This document shows positions 17,351 to 25,496 of a stretch of DNA of 32,330 nt, in pieces. The notes beneath the pieces were generated by a model. The model was not told the DNA's origin. It did not search any database and saw only the letters and a program-made list of their open reading frames with translations. Every line of letters begins with the position of its first letter. Position 1 is the first letter of the stretch. Source of the stretch: a virus. Its lineage: Duplodnaviria; Caudoviricetes. Where the stretch lies: positions 1-32,330 of IMG/VR virus record IMGVR_UViG_3300005611_000128; one strand, 5' to 3'. The position numbers and the translations under genes were made by a program.

Positions 17351-18638
17351 GCAAGCCGTTCTTGGATGCTTACTATTTGACCCCTCTAAATTTGCCCACG
17401 TTAATCAGTTGTTATCAATAGACGACTTTAATGAGTACGAAAATAGGGAGATCTTTAAAGCATTTAAGTACCTAGATTCCATTGGGTCTCAAGCCGATCT
17501 CGTACTCCTTAGAGATAGACTTCGAGGCAAGATCGATATCAACTACCTGATTTCGTTAAGTGAATCAGTTAGCTTTGCAGACAACCTAATTAGCTACTGC
17601 AAAGCAGTCAAAGAAGAATCAAATAAAAGAAAAATTGTCGAAGTAATGCAAAATACACTAGAAAAAATTAATGACCCTGATGCTAGATCCAAAGATCTTG
17701 TAGCTGGCATCATGAAAGACTCACTCGCTATTGACACATTCTTTGAGGATAAATTTACCATGAGAGAGGCTTTAGATGCCTACATGAAACATCTAGAAGA
17801 ACCAGCTGAGCTTGTATCTACCGGATTCGTTCAATTAGACGAGCAGACTAATGGCGGAATTGACCTCCACAGCCTCGCTGTCATCGTTTCTGACTCCGGG
17901 ATAGGTAAAACTACCTTAACCACCAATATGCTCGTTAATAAGGCTCTTAAAGGCGAGAAATGCTTATATATCAACCTTGAGATACCAGTATTCGACATGC
18001 TGGAAATCATCATCCCTCAATTGAGTGATGAAGATACTTGGGTTGATTATAAGAATCTGGTCACTAAAGATGATATTGATCGGATTCGGGGATTCTTGGA
18101 AGAGAAGCTGGCAGGACTGGGCATCTACTTTGCCCGGAACTGCTATAGCAAAGAAGAGATCGTGGCTCAAATGGACCTGCATCGCATGGACTATGGGGTT
18201 ACTTCATGCTTCATTGACCATGCCCAACTAATAGAGGGGTCTGAAGACTACACCAAGTATGTAGGGATCACCAAAGAAATTAAGCGCTACTGCCTAAGGC
18301 ATTCGATGGCAATTTTCCTTTTGTGCCAGACGAATGACAATAAAGAGAAACGAGGCGATAAAGAACCTCGTAAAACTGACCTTAGAGGTGGCGCTAATCT
18401 CTACCAGGATGCAGATATTGTTTTATTTCTATACAGGCTAGATGTAGCTGAGAAACAAGTGTATTTAAAACTTGCTAAGAATCGTAAGGGTTCTAGCGGG
18501 GAAGCGGTCTACTACGCTGTTAAATTTGATGAGGCTAGAAGAAAAGTTAGCCTTGCCTGGATGGCAGAGAGACCAATTAAAGAAGAGGATGAGGGGTTTG
18601 TGAAAAAAAGAAGGAGTAGATATGACAGAGAGTACTAA
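17337..18638 (+). CDS. dnaB: Replicative DNA helicase, DnaB family
   Basis: N-terminal 'EQAVLGCLL', 'STGFVQLD', Walker A 'SGIGKTT', 'FIDHAQLI', 'DLRGGANLYQDADIVLFLYR' and 'AKNRKG'. Confidence 0.93.
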   Translation: MLQSEQAVLGCLLFDPSKFAHVNQLLSIDDFNEYENREIFKAFKYLDSIGSQADLVLLRDRLRGKIDINYLISLSESVSFADNLISYCKAVKEESNKRKIVEVMQNTLEKINDPDARSKDLVAGIMKDSLAIDTFFEDKFTMREALDAYMKHLEEPAELVSTGFVQLDEQTNGGIDLHSLAVIVSDSGIGKTTLTTNMLVNKALKGEKCLYINLEIPVFDMLEIIIPQLSDEDTWVDYKNLVTKDDIDRIRGFLEEKLAGLGIYFARNCYSKEEIVAQMDLHRMDYGVTSCFIDHAQLIEGSEDYTKYVGITKEIKRYCLRHSMAIFLLCQTNDNKEKRGDKEPRKTDLRGGANLYQDADIVLFLYRLDVAEKQVYLKLAKNRKGSSGEAVYYAVKFDEARRKVSLAWMAERPIKEEDEGFVKKRRSRYDREY

Positions 18639-18867
18639 ACAGGCTTTACAGCATGAAATTAGAACCTCACTCGATCTAATGAAAGATAGAGAAGAGGACA
18701 TCGAGACAGAGACGGCAGCGTTTCTAACAGCAGAGGGTGATGATAAGCGCAAGCTTGCTTATAATTTGCGGACAGCAATATCCAGCTGGGCTAGACATGA
18801 AGACAAATATAGATTGCTTCATAAAATCTATCACCATGGCTGGGGAGAGGATACAAGACACGAATAG
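18622..18867 (+). CDS. Hypothetical protein
   Basis: 81 aa with AGGAG RBS; overlaps the dnaB end. Confidence 0.6.
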   Translation: MTESTKQALQHEIRTSLDLMKDREEDIETETAAFLTAEGDDKRKLAYNLRTAISSWARHEDKYRLLHKIYHHGWGEDTRHE

Positions 18868-18877
18868 GAGAAAATAA

Positions 18878-19816
18878 ATGACATTTGAAATCAAAAAAGC
18901 AAGTAAGAAAAAATCCAGGTTGAAACTTGGTCTATCAGGACCATCTGGTTCAGGTAAAACATGGTCAGCATTACTACTGGCTGACGGAATGGGATGCAAG
19001 AAGGTCTGCGTAGTTGACACTGAGCGTAGTTCTGCTGAACTATATGCAGATAGATTCAAATTTGATACAGTTGACTTTCAACCACCTTATTCACCTGATA
19101 GATACGTTGAGGTGATTAAGATGTGTGAGCGAGAAGGTTACGACATGATTGTAATTGACTCTATTAGTCCTGAATGGGATGGTGAAGGTGGATGTTTAGA
19201 TATGCACTCTAAGATTCCTGGTAACTCATACGTAGCATGGTCTAAGGTAACACCTAAGCACAACAAGTTTATTGAAGCTTTGCTTAGCTGTAGTAGTCAT
19301 CTAGTTGTTACTACTAGGGCGAAGAGTGAGTACATTCTAGAAGAGAAGAACGGAAAGCAAGTGCCACGTAAGATTGGCATGGCTCCTAAGCAGAGAGAAG
19401 GTCTTGAGTATGAATTAACTTCATTCCTCGAGCTTGACTTCAATCATAACTTTATTGCATCTAAGGATCGTACTGGTTTGTTTAGTGGTGATATTCCACA
19501 ACCATTAACAGTAGAGACTGGTAAACAACTTAAAGATTGGTTGTCTAGTGGTGAGGAAGTTGAATTTAAACCAGTAGAACCAATTGCTATTGCTAAGCCG
19601 GAACCTAAGAAGGCTCCTAAGGTTAGTATCAAAGAGAGAGCAGAAAATTTATTTGGCGCAATTGACGCAGTTGAAGATTCGGAGGGATATTCTGCTTGTG
19701 TAACTGAGTTTGAAGCAATCAAAGGTGATCTACCTGAGAAGGCTTACTTCCAGTTACAGACAGCGATGCGTGGGTTGAGCCAAAAATACGTGACAGAGAT
19801 AGAGAAACCATTCTAG
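18878..19816 (+). CDS. AAA_24 / Sak4-like P-loop ATPase (putative recombination/annealing protein)
   Basis: 'GPSGSGKTWSAL', 'VVDTERSS..LYA', 'VIDSISPEWDGEGG', 'QREGLEYE' and 'KDRTGLF'. Confidence 0.85.
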   Translation: MTFEIKKASKKKSRLKLGLSGPSGSGKTWSALLLADGMGCKKVCVVDTERSSAELYADRFKFDTVDFQPPYSPDRYVEVIKMCEREGYDMIVIDSISPEWDGEGGCLDMHSKIPGNSYVAWSKVTPKHNKFIEALLSCSSHLVVTTRAKSEYILEEKNGKQVPRKIGMAPKQREGLEYELTSFLELDFNHNFIASKDRTGLFSGDIPQPLTVETGKQLKDWLSSGEEVEFKPVEPIAIAKPEPKKAPKVSIKERAENLFGAIDAVEDSEGYSACVTEFEAIKGDLPEKAYFQLQTAMRGLSQKYVTEIEKPF

Positions 19817-19829
19817 GAGGAAATAAAGA

Positions 19830-20450
19830 ATGACACATTGTGAAGTACTAAGCGTGCCTATGCGTGCAACCGGTGAGGTTAGCGAGAACGGCAATAAACT
19901 ATGGAGAGGATACATTTGCTTCAATGGCAAACCATTTGTTGATGTATTCGGGACAGAAAGCAAGACAGAGAAAGAGAAAAAAGATGGATCAGGCACTTGG
20001 ACAGACCATAAGATTTTGGTTAATGTAGGTGATGATTTATTAGGAGCGTTTTCTTTCTTGCCTAGAGGGACTAAAGAGGACGGTACGCCTAAGAAGCAAG
20101 TGCTTGTTGGTGACGTAACCTTTGGTCCTTTCTTTTTCCCTGTTAATGGATTCTATAGCGATGAACAAGATTCAATTAAGTTTGTTTATAGCCAGTATGG
20201 ATTCGATCGTAACGAACAGGATACTAGTGACTACAAAAGAGAGTATGGCGTTGAAGATCATGACTTTGATTTATCAGGCGCTATTAACGATCTAGCAGCA
20301 GAGTATCCAGAGTTTGATGAGTGGTATAAAGCTGCATTTCCTGGTAGCCAATCAGGCAAGCGTAGAAGTAAGGCTGAAGAATCTAAGCGAGTTTCAGATA
20401 TTTTAGCTTTAGCGAAAAAAGGGACGAAGAAAGCAATTGACTGGGAATAA
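19830..20450 (+). CDS. Hypothetical protein, possible ssDNA-binding partner of the Sak4-like ATPase
   Basis: 206 aa with a beta/aromatic-rich N-terminus and a tail ending IDWE. The function is inferred from position only. Confidence 0.5.
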   Translation: MTHCEVLSVPMRATGEVSENGNKLWRGYICFNGKPFVDVFGTESKTEKEKKDGSGTWTDHKILVNVGDDLLGAFSFLPRGTKEDGTPKKQVLVGDVTFGPFFFPVNGFYSDEQDSIKFVYSQYGFDRNEQDTSDYKREYGVEDHDFDLSGAINDLAAEYPEFDEWYKAAFPGSQSGKRRSKAEESKRVSDILALAKKGTKKAIDWE

Positions 20451-20673
20451 GAGAACTTATCGCCCGAGACTATTCGGACCATGGGTGTATAAAAAATATC
20501 CATGGTACGAAGATGTCCAAGAGGCGAAGATACGCAAGCAGGAGCTTGAGAATAAATTTGACACTTGGACAAAGTCGAGTCTAAGTGCTGAGGGGAAGGA
20601 ACAATTAGCGGAGATCAATCAAGAATTAGAAATCATAGATGACTATTTTGATTGGTTGCAAATAACGACATGA
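20437..20673 (+). CDS. Hypothetical protein
   Basis: 78 aa, coupled at both ends; start uncertain. Confidence 0.5.
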   Translation: MTGNKRTYRPRLFGPWVYKKYPWYEDVQEAKIRKQELENKFDTWTKSSLSAEGKEQLAEINQELEIIDDYFDWLQITT

Positions 20674-20747
20674 TGGAATTTTTATTAGGAGCATTAGCAG
20701 TAATAGTAGTGTGTTTAAACTTGGCACATTGGAGTGAGAAATGGTAG
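20670..20747 (+). CDS. Small membrane peptide (25 aa)
   Basis: MMEFLLGALAVIVVCLNLAHWSEKW; ATGA overlap with the upstream stop. Confidence 0.45.
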   Translation: MMEFLLGALAVIVVCLNLAHWSEKW

Positions 20748-20851
20748 AAGGATTTTTATTTGGCGTGGGATTCAGTGTTGGTTCGGTAGTAACTTTATTG
20801 GCAGGGATGAAGTTACTCTGGGCTATTCAATTAATAGGAGATAGACGATGA
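20741..20851 (+). CDS. Small membrane peptide (36 aa)
   Basis: MVEGFLFGVGFSVGSVVTLLAGMKLLWAIQLIGDRR; GGAG RBS and ATGA overlap with the next gene. Confidence 0.5.
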   Translation: MVEGFLFGVGFSVGSVVTLLAGMKLLWAIQLIGDRR

Positions 20852-21072
20852 CACCAGTAGAGAGATTGAGACACTGCTTAGAGGGCGCAGTAATAGCATC
20901 TAAAGAATTAAAAGCCCTGAAAGAGAAGCATTATAGTGAGCAGATTAGCTTGCCAACCAATGCAGACTTGGTAAGGAAGATGCACCAGATGGAAGCATCA
21001 ATGTTTGACCGTCATGCAGAAGTAGCTAAATGGATGTTAGAAATGATTGAGGTGTTACATGGAAACAATTAA
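20848..21072 (+). CDS. Hypothetical protein
   Basis: 74 aa with AGGAG RBS. Confidence 0.6.
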   Translation: MTPVERLRHCLEGAVIASKELKALKEKHYSEQISLPTNADLVRKMHQMEASMFDRHAEVAKWMLEMIEVLHGNN

Positions 21073-21247
21073 CGGACACTACAGAAAAATAGATAACCTA
21101 GACGATGCTTTTAAAGCTGTCGCATGTAAGTTTGCAGAGATGTCAGAGAAGGATTCTTCTTTAGCTGCTGCAAATGATGAGATAGAAGTTGGCGGGGCTA
21201 AGTATAAGGTTGTCGTAGAGAGGGTTAAAGAAGGAGAGAAGGAATGA
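21059..21247 (+). CDS. Hypothetical protein
   Basis: ATG at 21059 after GAGG (METINGHYRK...). Confidence 0.55.
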   Translation: METINGHYRKIDNLDDAFKAVACKFAEMSEKDSSLAAANDEIEVGGAKYKVVVERVKEGEKE

Positions 21248-21411
21248 AAGCGTTAGATGATGAACAAAAAAAAGTAGTAAGAGATCTTGTCAACACAAGA
21301 GCAGATGGTATTGCTGAAGCAATGTTGAATGGTTTTAATAAGCGTGCTGAGGATTTAAACAAAAGAGTTAAAGAATTGGAAGAGATATTAGGGCTTAATA
21401 ATGGAAATTAA
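21244..21411 (+). CDS. Small hypothetical protein (55 aa), similar to 22694..22840
   Basis: Not in the track. MKALDDEQKKVVRDLVN...VKELEEILGLNNGN; ATGA-coupled. Confidence 0.55.
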   Translation: MKALDDEQKKVVRDLVNTRADGIAEAMLNGFNKRAEDLNKRVKELEEILGLNNGN

Positions 21412-21682
21412 AAAAGCAATACAAACACTAGTGAAAGCATTGAATGAGGACGAGGATTACAGATATTCATGGCAAGCAAATATTGCAGTAGCAATGCAAG
21501 ATGAGTATAGAAGTATACCGCATGATAAATACGAATCCTTTGGTGAGATGGTCCATGATCTTACTAATGGAGGGGCTAAAAGGTTTTTAAATATTCTTTG
21601 CTATCAACCAAAAGAAGACGAAGAAGAATTACCAGGCATGCTAAAGCTGAAGTTAGTAGGAGATGGTACTGATGCAAACTAA
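21401..21682 (+). CDS. Hypothetical phage protein
   Basis: 93 aa, 'ALNEDEDYRYSWQANIAVAMQDE'. Confidence 0.6.
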   Translation: MEIKKAIQTLVKALNEDEDYRYSWQANIAVAMQDEYRSIPHDKYESFGEMVHDLTNGGAKRFLNILCYQPKEDEEELPGMLKLKLVGDGTDAN

Positions 21683-22058
21683 AGACTTAGTCCTCCAAGA
21701 TGTTGAACTTTGTAAACAAGTCGCTCCGATCATGGAGAGGCTTGGGATTGAGCCTGATGATCGATGGTTTAATAGGAAGTATGCAAGTTTAACTGGACAT
21801 GACCCTAATGAATACATGCTATGGAGTGAAGAACACCCCTCGGTCAGATATGGCAATTGGGGAAGAACTGTCCCAACCTACCGCCAAGACAAGCTGGCAC
21901 TGGCTTTGCCTAAAGACTGGACCGATATTCACTTTGTAACAGAAGATATTTGGGAACAAGTTGTATATTATAGGGGACAAAACCAACTAGAAGCCACAGC
22001 AAAACTAATCCTGCTTCTGGAAGAAAATAATTTATTGGAGGTGAACGATGCAAAATAA
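21672..22058 (+). CDS. Hypothetical protein, N-terminus similar to the next gene
   Basis: MQTKDLVLQDVELCKQV.. vs MQNKVVSYELCKEL..; the ATG at 21672 is better spaced from AGGAG than 21663. Confidence 0.55.
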   Translation: MQTKDLVLQDVELCKQVAPIMERLGIEPDDRWFNRKYASLTGHDPNEYMLWSEEHPSVRYGNWGRTVPTYRQDKLALALPKDWTDIHFVTEDIWEQVVYYRGQNQLEATAKLILLLEENNLLEVNDAK

Positions 22059-22464
22059 AGTAGTATCCTACGAGCTTTGCAAAGAGCTGGACGAGCTGGG
22101 GTTTGAGTCAGAGGGACATACTGGCTGGTGGTTACTAGATACTACTGAACCAATATATGTAGATTATACAGGTCGCAAATCGAGACGAAATATTCGTGGG
22201 CAAGTAGTTTATCTAGGGTGGATAAACATAGATGATTTGCCTATCATGGTTAAAAACGGTTACGCAATCAAAGCCTACGACTGCTGGGATTTAATCATGT
22301 GGCTACAAAAGAATGAAGCTTTTGAGCATATTCAAATTAGCAAACATTTTTCAGTTGGTGCAATGAATCACACTGATGAGTACACGGTGGATATATCGCA
22401 TGATCCAGTTGTGCAAAACGCCCCCGCCAAGGCAATCATAGCGATACTAAAGGAGAAGAAATGA
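22048..22464 (+). CDS. Hypothetical phage protein
   Basis: 138 aa with GGAGG RBS; 'VSYELCKELDELGF'. Confidence 0.6.
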   Translation: MQNKVVSYELCKELDELGFESEGHTGWWLLDTTEPIYVDYTGRKSRRNIRGQVVYLGWINIDDLPIMVKNGYAIKAYDCWDLIMWLQKNEAFEHIQISKHFSVGAMNHTDEYTVDISHDPVVQNAPAKAIIAILKEKK

Positions 22465-22697
22465 AAACAAAAACATGTGGCAACTGTGCATACTGGCTCG
22501 ACCCTGACAATGAGTACGACTTCATGGGTGAGTGTCGTAATAAGCATTTCATATTCCAAGAAGTAGATGACATCCCTAGAACACTAGAAGAAATGGCAGG
22601 GGTTTCAGTAAAACGAGAGCGGCATGTAGTAGGTAGTGATATCTATTTTGAAACAGGGATATCATTTGGCTGTATACATTTTGAGGAGAAGGAATGA
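22461..22697 (+). CDS. Small Cys-rich (putative Zn-binding) protein
   Basis: CGNCAYW...GEC...FGCIHF pattern. Confidence 0.65.
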   Translation: MKTKTCGNCAYWLDPDNEYDFMGECRNKHFIFQEVDDIPRTLEEMAGVSVKRERHVVGSDIYFETGISFGCIHFEEKE

Positions 22698-22840
22698 AAG
22701 ATACAGAAATCTACAACCCAAAACTAAACCCTTTGCAGAAGGAGTTGGTGAGGGAATTGTGTAATAGTCTTGTCGCTAAGTGGTTACATGGTGAAGATGA
22801 TGGGGCTATAAAAAAGTTAAAGGAAAAACTAGGGTTATGA
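22694..22840 (+). CDS. Small hypothetical protein (48 aa)
   Basis: Not in the track. MKDTEIYNPKLNPLQKELVRELCN...IKKLKEKLGL; ATGA overlaps at both ends. Confidence 0.55.
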   Translation: MKDTEIYNPKLNPLQKELVRELCNSLVAKWLHGEDDGAIKKLKEKLGL

Positions 22841-23076
22841 GTATCAAATTAACCAAGGGGCATAAAACAGGCAAGATTAATTTTACTATCAATGGTAATA
22901 AATATAGTTTATTTTTAGTGCATAACTGTCAATTATTAGAGGGATCACCAGTGTTGCAACTAAGTCGCAAAGACAAACACGGGAATTATCAGGATTGTTG
23001 CATGAGGGATATTAGTGATATTGCTAGAGGAATGATAGCAAGTATGGAGATAAGAGATGAGGAGCTAGGGTTATGA
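22837..23076 (+). CDS. Hypothetical protein
   Basis: 79 aa, flanked by 15-nt direct repeats. Confidence 0.55.
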   Translation: MSIKLTKGHKTGKINFTINGNKYSLFLVHNCQLLEGSPVLQLSRKDKHGNYQDCCMRDISDIARGMIASMEIRDEELGL

Positions 23077-23246
23077 GTAAAAAAATATACGAATATTTAA
23101 GAACAGCTAGAGACATAGCAAGGCTATTGGAAAAAGACGTAGAGATGTCCGCTTGCTGCCCTGCTGTAATAGAGATAGCAAAGATGATCCAAAAGGAAGA
23201 GCATTTCTACAAAACCTTTATCCCTGAAAAGGGGGTAAAACAATGA
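23073..23246 (+). CDS. Small hypothetical protein (57 aa)
   Basis: Not in the track. MSKKIYEYLRTARDIARLL...; ATGA overlaps at both ends. Confidence 0.55.
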   Translation: MSKKIYEYLRTARDIARLLEKDVEMSACCPAVIEIAKMIQKEEHFYKTFIPEKGVKQ

Positions 23247-23512
23247 AAACAAAACTACTAATATCGTTAACTTTACTGCTGACAAGTCAACAGTTTGCAC
23301 AAGCGCAATATATACGGCAAGAGAAAACAATACTACTTGACGTTAATAACAAACTAATATATTGCTGCTATCAAGCGGAGTACAAGAAGCGAGTATGGGC
23401 ATATATGAAAGTTAAAAACATTCAGCCGTGGGGTAGCGATCATTATCTTGGTGAATTTACAAACCTAGAAGAATGTTTGAAAAGTTTAGATAAAATAGAG
23501 GAGAAAAAATGA
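23243..23512 (+). CDS. Small exported protein
   Basis: MKTKLLISLTLLLTSQQFAQA signal peptide ending in AxA. Confidence 0.6.
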   Translation: MKTKLLISLTLLLTSQQFAQAQYIRQEKTILLDVNNKLIYCCYQAEYKKRVWAYMKVKNIQPWGSDHYLGEFTNLEECLKSLDKIEEKK

Positions 23513-24132
23513 TTAGAATATTAATAGCATTAATACTTACAACACAGTCAGTGATGGCGTTTAATTTGAATGGGAAGAAACTAGCCAGCGATAAGGTCAC
23601 AATGCTACTACCAAGAGCATTTAACCATAAGCTAATGCGTAAACGAATGAAGATTATAAGGAATCAATTCACCGACACTACAGGTGTCAAGGTGAAGATT
23701 AGGTATCATGACCTAAGATTTAATTCCTTGCTTGATGCTGTTAATTTTGTATCGGAGCATGATGTAATTCTCGTGCTGTATAAACCTGACACGAGCTACG
23801 GATTAGCGTCTAGTAAAGTTGCTAAGGCTGACTTCACTACCACTAACGGAGGTACTCTTGTAACAGGGGGTCTTATTAGAATTAATGATATTAGATACCA
23901 GCAAGCGATAGAGGGTCTGGAATCACGACCTAACTACGCACTTAACTATCTTGCAAATGTAAACTGGCATGAAACTAGCCATCTAGCAGGATTGGATCAT
24001 ATTAATAAACCAAAGTCTATAATGTTTGGTGGTGGGAAATTTAGTATGTTAAGGAACCTAGGTTTCTCTAGGGACGATAAGCGAGGGTTGAGAGCGATTT
24101 ACAGGGGATACAAACAAGTAAAAGGAAAATGA
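23509..24132 (+). CDS. Exported metzincin (matrixin/M10-like) metalloprotease
   Basis: HETSHLAGLDH (HExxHxxGxxH), Met-turn 'SIMF' and terminal 'DD..GLRAIY'; signal peptide MIRILIALILTTQSVMA. Confidence 0.85.
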   Translation: MIRILIALILTTQSVMAFNLNGKKLASDKVTMLLPRAFNHKLMRKRMKIIRNQFTDTTGVKVKIRYHDLRFNSLLDAVNFVSEHDVILVLYKPDTSYGLASSKVAKADFTTTNGGTLVTGGLIRINDIRYQQAIEGLESRPNYALNYLANVNWHETSHLAGLDHINKPKSIMFGGGKFSMLRNLGFSRDDKRGLRAIYRGYKQVKGK

Positions 24133-24501
24133 ATGGAACAAGAAATGACAATAAACGGAGAGAAGTATGTACTGGCTGGTTCAGTGCAGCAAAATAAGGC
24201 AGAGTCTTTGGACGGTTTACCTTATTGTATAGTTAGAACGTATTCAGCAGGCGTCTTTGCTGGCTATGTAAAAGAGCGAAACGGTAAAGAAGGTACAGTC
24301 TTACAAGCAAGAAGGCTGTGGTATTGGTCAGGAGCTTCTAGTTTGAGTGAAGCTAGCCAACAAGGTTTCGCCAACCCTGACGAATGTAAATTCCCACAAG
24401 AGGTTCCAGAAGTATTACTAACCGAAATCATAGAAGTAATACCTTGCTCAGAGAAAGCACGTAAATCAATCAAGGAGATTGCAGTATGGTCTCAACACTA
24501 G
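24133..24501 (+). CDS. DUF6948-like phage protein
   Basis: 'YCIVRTYSAGVFAG', 'ARRLWYWSGASSLSE' and 'IEVIPCSEKA' motifs; family assigned from recall. Confidence 0.7.
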   Translation: MEQEMTINGEKYVLAGSVQQNKAESLDGLPYCIVRTYSAGVFAGYVKERNGKEGTVLQARRLWYWSGASSLSEASQQGFANPDECKFPQEVPEVLLTEIIEVIPCSEKARKSIKEIAVWSQH

Positions 24502-24728
24502 GCTATGGCTATGGCTATGGCTCTGGCTCTGGCTCTGGCTCTGGCGATGGCTCTGGCGATGGCTCTGGCTCTGGCTCTGGCTATGGCTATGGCTCTGGCT
24601 CTGGCTATGGCTCTGGCTATGGCTATGGCTCTGGCTATGGCGATGGCTCTGGCTATGGCGATGGCTCTGGCTCTGGCTATGGCGATGGCTCTGGCTCTGG
24701 CTATGGCGATGGCTCTGGCGATGGCTAA
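24486..24728 (+). CDS. (Gly-X)n low-complexity protein, X = Y/S/D
   Basis: MVSTL followed by 37 GX dipeptides and G; overlaps the end of the upstream gene; AAGGAG lies upstream of the ATG. Confidence 0.6.
   Translation: MVSTLGYGYGYGSGSGSGSGDGSGDGSGSGSGYGYGSGSGYGSGYGYGSGYGDGSGYGDGSGSGYGDGSGSGYGDGSGDG
24501..24728 (+). repeat. Hexamer tandem array using only GGCTAT/GGCTCT/GGCGAT, closed by GGCTAA
   Basis: 37 units plus an in-register stop unit. Confidence 0.95.
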
Positions 24729-24737
24729 ATAATAGTT

Positions 24738-24817
24738 ATGGCGCACACTCCTTTGTTTGTTCACCCTCACCAAGGATAGTCGTTTAGGGACATTCTGACT
24801 CCGTGCGCCACTTTTTT
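24738..24817 (+). ncRNA. Candidate small RNA 1 with anti-SD loop
   Basis: TGGCGCAC/GTGCGCCA closing stem, then C-T6; loop contains ACTCCTTT and CATTCTGACTCC. Confidence 0.45.
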
Positions 24818-24949
24818 ATGGAACTAGAAAGAACAGTACCAAGAATATTTATGTACACAGGCATGACCTTCCTTGGTATCCTGTTCGCTCCTGTAGTATT
24901 TAAGGGGCTAGCACCTAGGTCAGTAGTACGAAAACTACACCAACCTTAA
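24818..24949 (+). CDS. Small membrane protein (43 aa)
   Basis: MELERTVPRIFMYTGMTFLGILFAPVVFKGL...; no clear RBS. Confidence 0.35.
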   Translation: MELERTVPRIFMYTGMTFLGILFAPVVFKGLAPRSVVRKLHQP

Positions 24950-24950
24950 T

Positions 24951-24988
24951 TAGTTTTTAACTACTAGTTAATAAAACTATGATACAAT
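24951..24988 (+). promoter_or_regulatory. Extended -10 promoter with palindromic operator
   Basis: TAGTTTTTAACTA-C-TAGTTAATAAAACTA near-palindrome, then TGaTACAAT-5 nt-ATG. Confidence 0.55.
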
Positions 24989-24993
24989 AAACC

Positions 24994-25188
24994 ATGATGA
25001 AAGCAAAATTACAAACATATAGTATGTATCCTGATACTATCCAGCAGATAAGCGACATTGTCGAGTTCAAAAAAGACCCTAGTTATAAGAAATCTAAGGT
25101 AATTAGAGAGGCTGTAGAGGCCTTCTGGTTGCGTTGTAAGTCTGAGTTGAATGACAAGCGTCATGAGGAGGGTGCATTGAATGAATGA
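24994..25188 (+). CDS. Ribbon-helix-helix (CopG-like) regulator
   Basis: Strand 'LQTYSMYP', a helix, then 'KSKVIREAVEAF'. Confidence 0.65.
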   Translation: MMKAKLQTYSMYPDTIQQISDIVEFKKDPSYKKSKVIREAVEAFWLRCKSELNDKRHEEGALNE

Positions 25189-25396
25189 GAGATTAGTGAT
25201 TGATCCTCGTGGTGAGGAAAATCTAAAGAAGAAAGTCGAAGAACTAACCAAGCAGGTAAAGAAGATGGAGCATGTTTTATTCCAGCTAGGTGGTGGGCTA
25301 ATTGAAGTCAACCAAAAGTTCGAGGCTAATATCAAGGACATAGCAAAGATATGGACGAAACTAAAAGCAGCAGAGGAGATCAAAGATGATAACTAA
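25181..25396 (+). CDS. Hypothetical coiled-coil protein
   Basis: 71 aa, coupled to the upstream gene. Confidence 0.55.
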   Translation: MNERLVIDPRGEENLKKKVEELTKQVKKMEHVLFQLGGGLIEVNQKFEANIKDIAKIWTKLKAAEEIKDDN

Positions 25397-25496
25397 GATA
25401 GCAATAGGGCTACTCGGACTAGTCGGTTTAATTACCTTACTATTGGTCTGGGTTAATACCCCAGAGAAGAAAGGGGTGGACGAATGGTGGTCATGA
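25386..25496 (+). CDS. Small membrane peptide (36 aa)
   Basis: MITKIAIGLLGLVGLITLLLVWVNTPEKKGVDEWWS; GAGGAG RBS. Confidence 0.55.
   Translation: MITKIAIGLLGLVGLITLLLVWVNTPEKKGVDEWWS

Noticed and set aside
24479-24787. LW-, MA/LA- and AR/AI-repeat ORFs, and a CRISPR-like reading of the array
   Set aside because: These are alternative frames of the hexamer array; the Gly frame has the best-placed RBS and start. There are no unique spacers, so it is not CRISPR.
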